A stretch of 31,916 nucleotides of DNA from Candidatus Omnitrophota bacterium (GCA_026387385.1 JAPLLU010000032.1:1-31916), one strand, 5' to 3'. Counted from the first letter of the stretch, positions 14,810 to 23,803 are shown. The notes: generated by a model from the letters alone, not told the origin. A program made the numbers and translations.

Positions 14810-17743
14810 ATGAAAATCCGTACTAAACTATATCTTTCGCTGTCCTTAACTATAATACTGTTCGGGATTATCTTTGTTGTCTACGGGTTTATTCAAAGAG
14901 AAAGTTTTGTTGGGCTCTTCATAAATGAAGCTCATGAGAAGGAAGTAATTTTTGACAAGATTCTAATACTTAAAGGAGCACCCTTAGAAACATTCACATT
15001 CGATTATTCTTATTGGGATGAGATGGTTAATTTTATTGCAAATGAAAATGAATCTTGGGCAAAAGAAATGATAAACACAAGTGTTCTTACAAACTATGGT
15101 ATTAATGCAATATGGTTATACAAAACCGATTATTCTCTTCTATATTCCATCGATAACTTAAAGGACAATGGTTTTAAAGAGGTTCCTTTGAATAAAGAAA
15201 TCATTAATAGTGTATTTTTGCATAAGCAGTTGTGTCATTTCTTCCTGAATACATCCAAAGGCTTGATGGAGATACGCGGAGCCACTATTCATCCAACACT
15301 TGACGTAGAGAGAAAAACTCCATCGCGAGGATACATATTTGCTGCAAAATTATGGGGTAAAGAGTACATTGATGAACTTTCTAGATTAATCGGTGGCACA
15401 ATACAGATCACAAACCCTGAAGAAAAAACAGTTGTAAGTAATCAGAGTCTAGAAAAGGCCATAATTACCTTTTCAAGAATATTAACTGATTGGAATGAAA
15501 CTCCGTTGATCCGTCTTAATATCCGGTTTGAGTCTTATGGTCTTAAAGAATTTAATCATATATTCAAACAGCGTTTTATCATTTTTATTCTTTTTGCAGG
15601 AAGTATTTTGGTTATTATTTTATTCATCTTTACACGTTGGATAAGCATGCCCCTACGAAAAATATCCTTCGCTTTAAATTCAAAAGACCCCTCTTACATA
15701 GCCAGTTTGAAGAGACACAATGATGAGTTTGGTGATATATTGCTAATGATTGAAAATTTTTTAAAGCAGGAGGAGATACTGCGCAAGAGTGAAGAACAAT
15801 TCCGTTTGGTGGTAGAAGAAACGGTTGATTATGCTATTTTTATGTTGGATTCTGATGGGCGCATTGTCAGTTGGAATAAAGGAGCAGAGCGCATTAAAGG
15901 ATATCGAGCGGGAGAGATCATTGGAAAACATTTTTCAGCCTTTTATACCAGTGAAGACATCCAACGCGGCAAGCCTGAAGAGGAACTGAAGAAAGCGAGG
16001 GTCGAAGGTCGGTGTGAAGACGAGGGATGGCGTGTGCGAAAGGATGGCTCGCAATTTTTAGCCAACGCAATCATTACGGCATTATATGATCAAGCCGGGA
16101 ACTTGCGTGGATTCTCAAAAGTAACACGCGATATCACCAAGCGTAAGAAATCAGAGGATGAACTGTATAGACTTAACCGTGCGCTTAAGACAATCAGTGA
16201 GTGTAACCAGACTTTAGTACGCGCTACTAATGAGAGTAACTTACTGCATGAGATATGTCGTAACCTTGTGGGAGTTGGCGGATATCGTTTGGCGTGGGTC
16301 GGCTTTGCTGAACAGAACGAAAAAAAGATTGTGCGTCCGGTGGCACAGGCTGGATATGAAGAGGGGTACTTGGAGAATTTAAACTTTACTTGGTCTGATG
16401 CAGAATTAGGCCATGGGCCAACAGGCACATCTATCAGAATGGGTAAAATTTGCATATGTAAGAACGTCCTAACTGATCCAAGGTTTGCTCCTTGGAGAGA
16501 TGAGGCGATTAAACGCGGTTATGCATCGTCTATAGCCCTTCCTATGACTGCCGAAGGACGGACCTTTGGCGCACTGAATATATATGCGGATGAGCTGGAT
16601 GCCTTTGATGAACAGGAGGTCAGTATGCTGGAGGAATTGACAAATGACTTGGCATACGGCATATTTGCATTACGTACTCATTCAGAACGCGAACAGGCCC
16701 AGGAATCATTGAAAAAACTTCACAGTGCAATTGAACAAACAGCGGATATCGTTGTTATAACTAATAAAGAAGGAGTAATTGAGTATGTTAATCCTGCATT
16801 TGAGAAAACAACAGGCTATGCAAAAGAAATAGCTATCGGCCAGACACCAAGAATTATTAAGTCTGGTAAGCACGATCAAAGATTTTACGAAATGTTATGG
16901 AAGACAATTCTTTCCGGCAACGTCTTCCGCGACACGCTCATTAATAGAAGGAAAAATGGTGAGTTCTATTACGCAGAAAAAGCCATCACGCCAATAATAG
17001 ACAAGGAGGGAAACATTACGCATTTTGTCTCAACCGATAAAGACATCACTGAACGCAAAGAAATAGAAAAAACTCAAAGACTCGCTCAGTTAGGAGAACT
17101 TGTCGCGGATATGGCCCATGAGGTAAATAACCCCCTCATGATTATCTCAGGAAACGCCCAGCTTTCCTTACTTGATGGAACGCTTAATGAAGAGATTAAG
17201 AGCAATCTTAAAATTATCCACGAAGAATGCAACAGGGCAAAGGATATTATTCAGAGGCTTCTTAAGTTCTCAAGGCCAAGCAAGGGTGAACGAAAGGGAA
17301 CAGATATTAATCAGAGTATCGAGTCTGTTACAAAGCTCATAGAACACCAATTTAGCTTAAGTAACGTAAAAATAAAGAAAGACTTAAAGTACGATCTTCC
17401 TGCCATAGTAATAGATGAAAAACAGATGCAGGAAGTATTTATGAATCTCTTGAACAACGCAAGAGATGCCATGCCTGAAGGAGGAGAGATTATCATCAAC
17501 ACATCTTTAGACGGCGAGTACTGCAAAATAGAAATGAAAGATTCCGGAGTTGGCATGGATGATAAAACCCTAGCCAGAGTGTTTGAGCCATTCTTTACCA
17601 CCAAAGAAAAAGGGACAGGCTTAGGGCTTTCTGTTTGCTTCGGGATCATAAAAGCCCATAACGGAAAAATAGAGTTTAAAAGCCAGTTGCAGAAAGGCAC
17701 AACTGCGCATATCTGGTTACCCATTAAAGCGGAAGGAGTGTAA
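14810..17743 (+). CDS. Large sensor histidine kinase (TM - extracytoplasmic domain - TM - PAS - GAF - PAS - HisKA - HATPase_c)
   Basis: PAS S-box FRLVVEETVDYAIFMLDSDGRIVSWNKGAERIKGY, a GAF domain (LLHEICRNLVGVGGYRLAWVGF...), a second PAS (IVVITNKEGVIEYVNPAFEKTTGY), the H-box MAHEVNNPL, then NLLNNARDAM, DSGVGM and GTGLGLSVCFGIIKAHNG. Confidence 0.9.
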   Translation: MKIRTKLYLSLSLTIILFGIIFVVYGFIQRESFVGLFINEAHEKEVIFDKILILKGAPLETFTFDYSYWDEMVNFIANENESWAKEMINTSVLTNYGINAIWLYKTDYSLLYSIDNLKDNGFKEVPLNKEIINSVFLHKQLCHFFLNTSKGLMEIRGATIHPTLDVERKTPSRGYIFAAKLWGKEYIDELSRLIGGTIQITNPEEKTVVSNQSLEKAIITFSRILTDWNETPLIRLNIRFESYGLKEFNHIFKQRFIIFILFAGSILVIILFIFTRWISMPLRKISFALNSKDPSYIASLKRHNDEFGDILLMIENFLKQEEILRKSEEQFRLVVEETVDYAIFMLDSDGRIVSWNKGAERIKGYRAGEIIGKHFSAFYTSEDIQRGKPEEELKKARVEGRCEDEGWRVRKDGSQFLANAIITALYDQAGNLRGFSKVTRDITKRKKSEDELYRLNRALKTISECNQTLVRATNESNLLHEICRNLVGVGGYRLAWVGFAEQNEKKIVRPVAQAGYEEGYLENLNFTWSDAELGHGPTGTSIRMGKICICKNVLTDPRFAPWRDEAIKRGYASSIALPMTAEGRTFGALNIYADELDAFDEQEVSMLEELTNDLAYGIFALRTHSEREQAQESLKKLHSAIEQTADIVVITNKEGVIEYVNPAFEKTTGYAKEIAIGQTPRIIKSGKHDQRFYEMLWKTILSGNVFRDTLINRRKNGEFYYAEKAITPIIDKEGNITHFVSTDKDITERKEIEKTQRLAQLGELVADMAHEVNNPLMIISGNAQLSLLDGTLNEEIKSNLKIIHEECNRAKDIIQRLLKFSRPSKGERKGTDINQSIESVTKLIEHQFSLSNVKIKKDLKYDLPAIVIDEKQMQEVFMNLLNNARDAMPEGGEIIINTSLDGEYCKIEMKDSGVGMDDKTLARVFEPFFTTKEKGTGLGLSVCFGIIKAHNGKIEFKSQLQKGTTAHIWLPIKAEGV

Positions 17744-18117
17744 TGAATAAAATTTTGGTAGTGGATGATGAGGAAAGAATTGTCGATATCACGGAAAAGT
17801 TCTTGAAGATGAACGGTTTTGACGTGGTCAAGGCCATAGGTGGAGAAGAAGCGATAAGGATTTTGTCAACTGATACGCAGATTGATCTGATGGTGCTTGA
17901 TATGAAGATGCCCAAAGTAAACGGCTTGGGCGTGATGCAAAAAAAAACAGAATTAGGCAAAAAGTTCCCGGTATTGCTTCTTACGGGTTCAATCGATGCA
18001 GAAAAGTACCTTGAGGTATTGAAAGATAAAGGTTTTACAGCAGAGGATATTCTTTACAAGCCGATTGATTTGTCTGTATTGCTGGAGAAGGTGAAGCAGA
18101 AATTAAACATTGCCTGA
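17743..18117 (+). CDS. Single-domain (CheY-like) response regulator
   Basis: ILVVDDEERIV, LDMKMPKVNG and a conserved Lys region. The start overlaps the HK stop (TAATGA). Confidence 0.85.
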   Translation: MNKILVVDDEERIVDITEKFLKMNGFDVVKAIGGEEAIRILSTDTQIDLMVLDMKMPKVNGLGVMQKKTELGKKFPVLLLTGSIDAEKYLEVLKDKGFTAEDILYKPIDLSVLLEKVKQKLNIA

Positions 18118-18140
18118 AGTGATGATTTTTAACGATAAGA

Positions 18141-19460
18141 GTGAAAAATATTATGCCTGATACACAATTACATGACGAGCTAATACCAAAATACCGCTGG
18201 GCCGGCAAGATCAGACTGATAAGCTTTTCTCTGCTTTTTGTTTTTTTTCTTATGATGAAGTTTGTTGGCGGGTTTTCCTATCTTAACCCTGCGTTGTACG
18301 CCATCATTTTTGTGGAAGCCCTCCTTAACCAGCCATATGGTTTTTTTCTAAACAAAGTTAATCTGAGCCGCTTCCAGTATTTTCAGATGCTCACCGATAT
18401 TATTGCCATCAGCTGGGTTTTGTATTACATGGGTGGCCTGGCAGCTCCGGTGGTTAGCCTTGCCTATTACGCAGTTATCCTTTGGGCGGGAGTTGTTGCC
18501 GGTTTTGGGGCGGCGTTGTTTGGGGTTCTTACTTGCGCATTCTTTTTCTCGTCTGTCGTGTTGTTAGAGCAATTTGGCATATTGTCGCGCGTATCTTTTT
18601 CAAATTACTCTATGCCGACAACGCAGGTAGTAACTATTCTTATGGGTAACGTAGCATTTCTTTTTGCGTTCGGATATTTTAGCGTTCGTTCTTCAGAGCT
18701 TCTACGTCTCTTGCAGAGGAAGAGGCAGGAGGAATCGCTGCGATACACTCACAGGCTTCAAGCGACAGGTTACCTGATGAGTGAGACTGCCCATGATATA
18801 CAGGGATGTTTGGCCGGCATTAAGGCCGGGGTTCAGGTATTACAAGATCTGGGAAGCCACAGCGAGGAAGAAAAGAAATTCCTGACGTCTATTGGAGATT
18901 TTGAGAAAAAATGCGCTGATTTGGTCCAGCGGTTGGCAAAATTTTCAAAAAAGCCTAAAAAAGAATATCTACCGGTTAATGCTCATGCTGTTATTGAGGA
19001 TGCTTTAGAGTTAACCTTTCCGCTGGTAAGGTATTCTCAAATGACTATTCAAAAAACATTTGACCAAAATATCCCTCTCATTGCTGCAGACAAAGACCAA
19101 ATGCAGGAAGTCTTTGTGGTTATCATATTAAACGCGTTAGATGCTGTATCCGATAAGCCAAAAGGCGGGGAGCTTAACATAAGAACCAAGTGTTTAGAGG
19201 AGGCGGGATTGGTAGAGATTATTTTCTCCGATACCGGGATAGGGCTAAAACCAGATGAGTTAAGGCGGATAGGCGAGCCATTTTTTAGCTCGAAGAAAGC
19301 CGCAGGAGGTTCAGGCTTAGGCCTAGCTACTGCTTATGATATAGTTGCAAGGCATAGCGGAAGAATTGACGTGGAGAGCAGAGAAAGCGAAGGGACAACA
19401 TTCACCATTCGGTTGCCATTTATCCCGCCTTCGCAGAAGACTCCCGCTGTTTTCTTGTGA
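18141..19460 (+). CDS. Membrane histidine kinase with an N-terminal multi-TM (about 5-6 helices) sensor domain
   Basis: A hydrophobic N-terminal 180 aa, a dimerisation/phosphoacceptor region around ETAHDIQGCLAGIKAG, and an HATPase_c (ILNALDAV, DTGIGL, GGSGLGLATAYDIVARHSGRI). Confidence 0.8.
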   Translation: MKNIMPDTQLHDELIPKYRWAGKIRLISFSLLFVFFLMMKFVGGFSYLNPALYAIIFVEALLNQPYGFFLNKVNLSRFQYFQMLTDIIAISWVLYYMGGLAAPVVSLAYYAVILWAGVVAGFGAALFGVLTCAFFFSSVVLLEQFGILSRVSFSNYSMPTTQVVTILMGNVAFLFAFGYFSVRSSELLRLLQRKRQEESLRYTHRLQATGYLMSETAHDIQGCLAGIKAGVQVLQDLGSHSEEEKKFLTSIGDFEKKCADLVQRLAKFSKKPKKEYLPVNAHAVIEDALELTFPLVRYSQMTIQKTFDQNIPLIAADKDQMQEVFVVIILNALDAVSDKPKGGELNIRTKCLEEAGLVEIIFSDTGIGLKPDELRRIGEPFFSSKKAAGGSGLGLATAYDIVARHSGRIDVESRESEGTTFTIRLPFIPPSQKTPAVFL

Positions 19461-19665
19461 AAACAAGAAGCGAGGGATGAATGCGAAGGAAGACCTGCTC
19501 GGCGGGATGTCACTAAATAGGCATGTTATTGTTGTCGGCGTGGCAATCAAGGTACCACGGCATGCCCGCGGGTTGTTTTCCATTAAATCAGCCAAGATCG
19601 CATAGGAATGGGTTGTGAAGCTTTAGCAAAAAGGTGAGCTCCGGTGACCTTGATTATTTCAAGAT

Positions 19666-20187
19666 GTGTCTTCTTACCAAAATCTTACTTTTGAGCATAA
19701 GAGAATGTATAATCAAAACGAAGATACCATAAAGTCTCTCATTGCGCAGTACCAACAGAGAATCTACGCATTGGTGCTGTACTTAGTTGGCCAAGACCAA
19801 GACAGGGCTTACGATATTTGTGCGTCAAGTTTTACCGAGGCAATACGGGAAAGCTCTTCCCTAGGGCAAAAAGAGGTCTTTTTACTCAGACTTATCGGTG
19901 TTACTGTAGAAAAGTGCCGAAATATAAAAACAATTCCAACTTTTGATGTAATTGAGCTTCTGGAGATTAGCGGGGCGGAAAAAGGGCAGCTGCTTATAGT
20001 ATTAAAGGCCCTGCAAACGTTAGACTTTGAGCTAAAAGTGCCCCTGTTCTTACGGTATCAATTTAATCTTTCTTACGGGGATATCGCAACGGTTATGCTG
20101 GTATCAGAGAGCGATGCCAGGATAAAAACCGCCCAGGCGCGTGCTCAACTGGACAAAGAAATTGAACGCATATTAAGCAATACTTGA
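19666..20187 (+). CDS. ECF-type sigma-70 family sigma factor (regions 2 and 4); GTG start
   Basis: Region 2-like IKSLIAQYQQRIYALVLYLVGQDQDRAYDICASSFTEAIR and region 4-like ALQTLDFELKVPLFLRYQFNLSYGDIATVMLVSESDARIKTAQARAQL. The codon at 19666 is GTG. The first in-frame ATG is codon 14 (ATG 19705-19707). Confidence 0.75.
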   Translation: MSSYQNLTFEHKRMYNQNEDTIKSLIAQYQQRIYALVLYLVGQDQDRAYDICASSFTEAIRESSSLGQKEVFLLRLIGVTVEKCRNIKTIPTFDVIELLEISGAEKGQLLIVLKALQTLDFELKVPLFLRYQFNLSYGDIATVMLVSESDARIKTAQARAQLDKEIERILSNT

Positions 20188-20196
20188 GGGGATGAT

Positions 20197-20703
20197 ATGA
20201 ATTGCGATGACATCAAACAAAGCCTGCAGCCCTTTTTGGAAGATCTGCTCGCAGAAGAGGAATATAAAGCATTTTGTGCCCACATAGACACCTGCGGCAA
20301 ATGCAGCGAGTACGTACGGTCTATTGGCGCATTATCAAATCAACTATGGAAATTGGGTAAGGTTAGGGTTCCGGAAGATCTCGGTTCTACAATAATGTAT
20401 AAGCTCGCCCATCCCGAAGAAAAAGCCCCGCCATCTAAATTCGTAATATCAAAAAAGCATATTGTTATAGGCTCTATCTTAATTTTGTTGGCAGCTGGTA
20501 TTTTTTTCGGGGTCAGTTATTTCAGAAACAAGCAATATGAAGACGAAGAAGGCGCGCCGATAATCAAAACAGAAGTAATTCGTACATTCGAGCCGCCAAA
20601 CGATAGTGAAGCGCAGTCGCTTCTCAATCAACTGGAGACGATAGCGGAGAAACTAGGGGCTTCGGGCAAAGATAATACCACCGAGGGAGAAACCGGGAAA
20701 TAA
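20197..20703 (+). CDS. Zinc-finger (ZAS-type HxxxCxxC) transmembrane anti-sigma factor
   Basis: CAHIDTCGKCSEY gives the H-x3-C-x2-C zinc-binding motif. A single TM follows (IVIGSILILLAAGIFFGVSYF), and the gene lies 9 nt after the ECF sigma gene. Confidence 0.7.
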   Translation: MNCDDIKQSLQPFLEDLLAEEEYKAFCAHIDTCGKCSEYVRSIGALSNQLWKLGKVRVPEDLGSTIMYKLAHPEEKAPPSKFVISKKHIVIGSILILLAAGIFFGVSYFRNKQYEDEEGAPIIKTEVIRTFEPPNDSEAQSLLNQLETIAEKLGASGKDNTTEGETGK

Positions 20704-20720
20704 AGCTCTGGGGATTAATT

Positions 20721-21488
20721 ATGGCAAAAATTCTTATTGTAGATGATGAGGCTCGTATTAGGGAGCTTCTTAGAAAAGCTCTTACTAAAGCAGGATATGA
20801 AATTGTCAGTGTTCCCTCTGCTGAGCAATCACTAGAACTTATCTTTAAAGAACCTTTTGACCTTCTCTTATTAGATGTACGGCTCTCTTCTGGAGAATCA
20901 GGACTTTCGATTTTGAAAAAAGTGAGGGAGCACCAGAAAGATGTCCCGATAGTAATTTACACAGGAGCCCTCACCCCAGAGCTTGAGATAGAAGCCAGGA
21001 CAGCCGGAGCCAATGAGGTTTTAAGTAAAGATATTGATATTCTGCAGCTGGTAGCGCAAATCGGAAAGATTGTAAAAGTTAAAGATCGTATCTTACAGGG
21101 CCCTTTGAATCCAGGAGAAAAATCACTTCTTGTGGTTGACGACGAAGAAGGTATCCTCCGAGTCTTGAAGATATTCTTTACGCGTAAAGGATATAAAGTT
21201 TTTGAGGCAGAAAGCGGCGAGAAAGCTCTTCAGATTGCTCGTTCGGAAAAAATATCAGCAGTTTTATTAGACATGAAAATGCCGGGAATGGACGGCCTGG
21301 CTACTTTGGAGAAGCTTTTAGAGATAAACCCTAAGCTTGGAGTGGTGATGGCCACCGGAGAACAAGATGATGAAAAAGTCAAAAAAGCAATAGTGTTGGG
21401 AGCCTACGGTTATGTCCTGAAGCCATTTGATTTTTTGTATCTTGAACTCGTGGTGGCTTCAAAATTGGCTATTGCAGAAAGCGATTAG
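20721..21488 (+). CDS. Tandem-receiver (REC-REC) protein with no output domain
   Basis: Two receiver domains: ILIVDDEARIRE...LLLDVRLSSGESG and LLVVDDEEGILR...VLLDMKMPGMDG. Confidence 0.85.
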   Translation: MAKILIVDDEARIRELLRKALTKAGYEIVSVPSAEQSLELIFKEPFDLLLLDVRLSSGESGLSILKKVREHQKDVPIVIYTGALTPELEIEARTAGANEVLSKDIDILQLVAQIGKIVKVKDRILQGPLNPGEKSLLVVDDEEGILRVLKIFFTRKGYKVFEAESGEKALQIARSEKISAVLLDMKMPGMDGLATLEKLLEINPKLGVVMATGEQDDEKVKKAIVLGAYGYVLKPFDFLYLELVVASKLAIAESD

Positions 21489-21511
21489 ACGTTATAAGGA
21501 AGGAAGAATTT

Positions 21512-21877
21512 ATGGCTAAGAAAATCTTGATTATTGATGATGAACCAGGTATTTGTTCGGTAGTAAGTACATTTCTTGAGAAAAAAGGATTTACGGCTAT
21601 AGCTGCAAAGAGCGGAAAAGAAGGTATAGGAGTTGCCAATCATCTTAAGCCAGACCTGATACTCTTGGATATTAATATGCCCGACATGGATGGCTTTGCA
21701 GTCTTGGTGAAAATCAAGAATTCTAAAGAGACAGCGTCAATTCCGGTTATAATGTTTACCGGAAGAAGTGATGAGATAGCTAAGATAAGCGCTTCAGCTT
21801 TATCTTGCGAAGATTACATTAGCAAACCTTTTGAGCTGGAGGAGTTGTTAGACAAGGTAAAGAAAATTATAGGATAG
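21512..21877 (+). CDS. Single-domain (CheY-like) response regulator
   Basis: ILIIDDEPGI, LDINMPDMDG and a C-terminal KPF motif. Confidence 0.85.
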   Translation: MAKKILIIDDEPGICSVVSTFLEKKGFTAIAAKSGKEGIGVANHLKPDLILLDINMPDMDGFAVLVKIKNSKETASIPVIMFTGRSDEIAKISASALSCEDYISKPFELEELLDKVKKIIG

Positions 21878-21997
21878 GGGAAAGTTATGCCGGAGAAGCG
21901 CGACCGGCGCAAAAAATATAACCGGATTATAAGGGCAAGAAGATGTAAATAACCTTATGTCCGCCTCTCAAGGGCAGACATTTCGTATTCATTTATC

Positions 21998-22120
21998 CCT
22001 CAAACAGTTACGCAATTTCCAGCCAAAAAAGACCGGACAAAACAGACAAATTACGCGAGGAAATAACCTCTCTAATTCCCGAATTTCATTGATTAATCCT
22101 ATATTTGGGCTATAATAAGG
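21998..22120 (+). promoter_or_regulatory. Promoter/leader module, copy B (-35 TTGATT at 22089-22094, -10 TATAAT at 22111-22116), upstream of the SPFH gene
   Basis: See copy A. The downstream leader holds the hairpin TCCCTC-GTGGCACAT-GAGGGA at 22143-22165 before the RBS. Confidence 0.6.
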
Positions 22121-22199
22121 ACCTGTATTTAGAGATAGGAGATCCCTCGTGGCACATGAGAGGGACCCCATGTGTTCGTTATTCTAAAAGGAGGTGCGC

Positions 22200-22946
22200 A
22201 TGGTTTGGTTTATAGTCGTTACGGCTGTCGTTATTGTGATGTTCGGGGTTAGGATTGTATCGCAATGGCAGAGCGGTGTGGTTTTTCGTCTGGGGAAATA
22301 TATGAGACAAATTAAACCAGGTCTGAATATTATAATTCCGGTTTTAGAATACGTAAGTTTAGTCGATATGCGCATTCGAACCATGGATGTCATCCCCCAG
22401 GAAATTATGACTAAGGATTCAGTTCCAGTCAAAATCGACGCCGTGGTCTATTATAAGATTTTCGATGCCCCGAAGTCAATTATAGCAGTTGAGAATTTTG
22501 GTTTGGCGTCTACCCTATTGGCTCAATCTAAGCTGAGAGATGTTTTAGGTAAATATGATTTAGATACCCTTCTAGCTAACAAAGATCATATTGGTAAAGA
22601 AGTATTGGTGGCATTACAAGGGCCAACAGATGAGTGGGGTATTACTATCCTCAGCGTTGAGATTAAGAATATCGAATTACCAGATAATATGAAGCGTGCA
22701 ATGGCTAAGGAATCTGAGGCTGTCCGAGAGAAACGCTCGCGATTAGTTAAAGCTTCAGCAGAAGAGGAGGCGAGCAGGAAGTTTATGGAAGCTGCTAAAG
22801 TTATGGCCGATTCGCCCAATGCCTTAATTTTAAGACAATTGCAAACCTGGCAAGAAATTGGTGCCGAACAGAATAGTTTGATTATCCTTGTTCCTACGGA
22901 GTTCGCCCAGATTGTAAAGAATTTGGGGGGTAGTAAAAAAGAATAG
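22200..22946 (+). CDS. SPFH/band-7 (stomatin/HflK-C-like) membrane protein
   Basis: An N-terminal TM followed by an SPFH domain (VFRLGKY...IIPVLEYVSLVDMRIRT...VVYYKI) and a C-terminal coiled coil. The ATG at 22200 has correct spacing from SD AAAGGAGG. The track's start at 22194 is a GTG inside the SD. Confidence 0.85.
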   Translation: MVWFIVVTAVVIVMFGVRIVSQWQSGVVFRLGKYMRQIKPGLNIIIPVLEYVSLVDMRIRTMDVIPQEIMTKDSVPVKIDAVVYYKIFDAPKSIIAVENFGLASTLLAQSKLRDVLGKYDLDTLLANKDHIGKEVLVALQGPTDEWGITILSVEIKNIELPDNMKRAMAKESEAVREKRSRLVKASAEEEASRKFMEAAKVMADSPNALILRQLQTWQEIGAEQNSLIILVPTEFAQIVKNLGGSKKE

Positions 22947-23141
22947 CTGATTAACCACATTATTAGCATATAGATGGTTTTGTGGCGGCCTAATAATTCG
23001 CTATAAAATACCTCGAATTCAGATATAATTTTTTTCCGTGGGGGTTGTGTTTTACCTTATCATAAATTGCTTGCAGAAAGTGGTTGTTTGAAGTAAAGTA
23101 TTTAACTACGCGGTATCATAAGCGGGAGTAAGGAGGGTATA

Positions 23142-23297
23142 TTGGCAAGAGATAATTATTCATATAAAAAGTTTCAGAAAGAATTGGCCAGGAAAAAGAA
23201 GACAGAGGAAAAAAAACAAAGAAAACTGGAGAAAAAAGCGACGGAGGCTAACCTTGAGTCTGGACAGGTCCCCAATGGCCCGATCGCCTTAGAATAA
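23142..23297 (+). CDS. Possible 51-aa Lys-rich small protein (TTG start)
   Basis: SD TAAGGAGGG 6 nt before the TTG. The ORF reads (M)ARDNYSYKKFQKELARKKKTEEKKQRKLEKKATEANLESGQVPNGPIALE. Tentative. Confidence 0.3.
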   Translation: MARDNYSYKKFQKELARKKKTEEKKQRKLEKKATEANLESGQVPNGPIALE

Positions 23298-23308
23298 AGA
23301 AATACTTG

Positions 23309-23337
23309 CAATCTTTTTTAAAAGCCCTATAATCACA
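23309..23337 (+). promoter_or_regulatory. Sigma70-type promoter for the zinc-ribbon mini-protein gene
   Basis: TTGCAA at 23309-23314, a 17-nt spacer, then TATAAT at 23332-23337, about 40 nt upstream of the ATG. Confidence 0.5.
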
Positions 23338-23378
23338 ACTCAAGGCTAAATCTTTAGCGCAAAATAAAAGGAGGAAAC

Positions 23379-23549
23379 ATGGGATATCAGGGTGGTGGTG
23401 GTGGTGGTGGATTTGGCGGGTCACGGGAGATGCACAAGGCAATTTGCTCGGAGTGCAAGAAAGAGTGCGAAGTCCCGTTTAAACCCAGAGATGATCGTCC
23501 GATATACTGCAGGGATTGTTATTCAAAGCGCAAGAACGAAGGCCGTTAA
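23379..23549 (+). CDS. 56-aa Gly-rich zinc-ribbon mini-protein (MGYQGGGGGGGFGGSREMHKAICSECKKECEVPFKPRDDRPIYCRDCYSKRKNEGR)
   Basis: Strong SD AAAGGAGGA 5 nt before the ATG. A CxxC ... CxxC zinc ribbon and a basic tail. The track's overlapping ORFs (23392-23598 +, 23248-23442 -) are other-frame readings of the (GGT)n run (poly-Val, poly-His). Confidence 0.7.
   Translation: MGYQGGGGGGGFGGSREMHKAICSECKKECEVPFKPRDDRPIYCRDCYSKRKNEGR
23391..23411 (+). repeat. (GGT)6GGA trinucleotide repeat encoding the poly-Gly tract
   Basis: ggtggtggtggtggtggtgga sits in frame inside the mini-protein. Confidence 0.9.
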
Positions 23550-23654
23550 AAGAAGAGATTTTGTTAGCTTCTTGCTTCTAGCAGATCCGCAAAGGTAATG
23601 TAATAAAATCGTTCGGGGTGAGGTTCTCGCAATAATTTTAGACATATCTCTTTT

Positions 23655-23790
23655 ACAATTCATTCCTCAAGAAATCCGCGAGGAATTCCTTCTTGGGTGC
23701 TCAAAACTCCTCTATATAGTAGGATAGTATGGCTAAAATAAAACCAGGCAGACAAGAGAGGAGTTCCCTCGTGAAGCTTGCAAGGGGCAT
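23655..23790 (+). promoter_or_regulatory. Promoter/leader module, diverged copy C, upstream of the membrane-protein gene
   Basis: It shares CGCGAGGAA, the TATA(A/G)TA(A/G)GGA -10-like box and the 21-nt leader string AGAGAGGAGTTCCCTCGTG (B: AGAGATAGGAGATCCCTCGTG). Confidence 0.4.
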
Positions 23791-23803
23791 TTAAAATAGG
23801 ATT

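Noticed and set aside
19345-19605. 86-aa plus-strand ORF overlapping the end of the histidine kinase gene
   Set aside because: It overlaps the HK 3' end in another frame, is Arg-rich with no recognisable domain and has no RBS.
21888-21953. 21-codon Arg/Lys-rich ORF (MPEKRDRRKKYNRIIRARRCK) after the last CheY-like gene
   Set aside because: It has only a weak SD (GGGGAAAG) and no supporting context. It is mentioned only as a possibility.
22151-22166. TGGCAC as a second sigma54 promoter
   Set aside because: The -24-like TGGCAC is present, but no TTGC(A/T) -12 element follows at the required spacing. It is better explained as part of a leader hairpin.
22194-22199. Start of the SPFH gene at 22194 as given by the track
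   Set aside because: Position 22194 is a GTG lying inside the Shine-Dalgarno AAAGGAGG. The ATG at 22200 has proper spacing.
23248-23598. Two track ORFs with poly-His (minus) and poly-Val (plus) tracts
   Set aside because: They are out-of-frame readings of the (GGT)n run. The frame with a consensus SD encodes the Gly-rich zinc-ribbon mini-protein instead.
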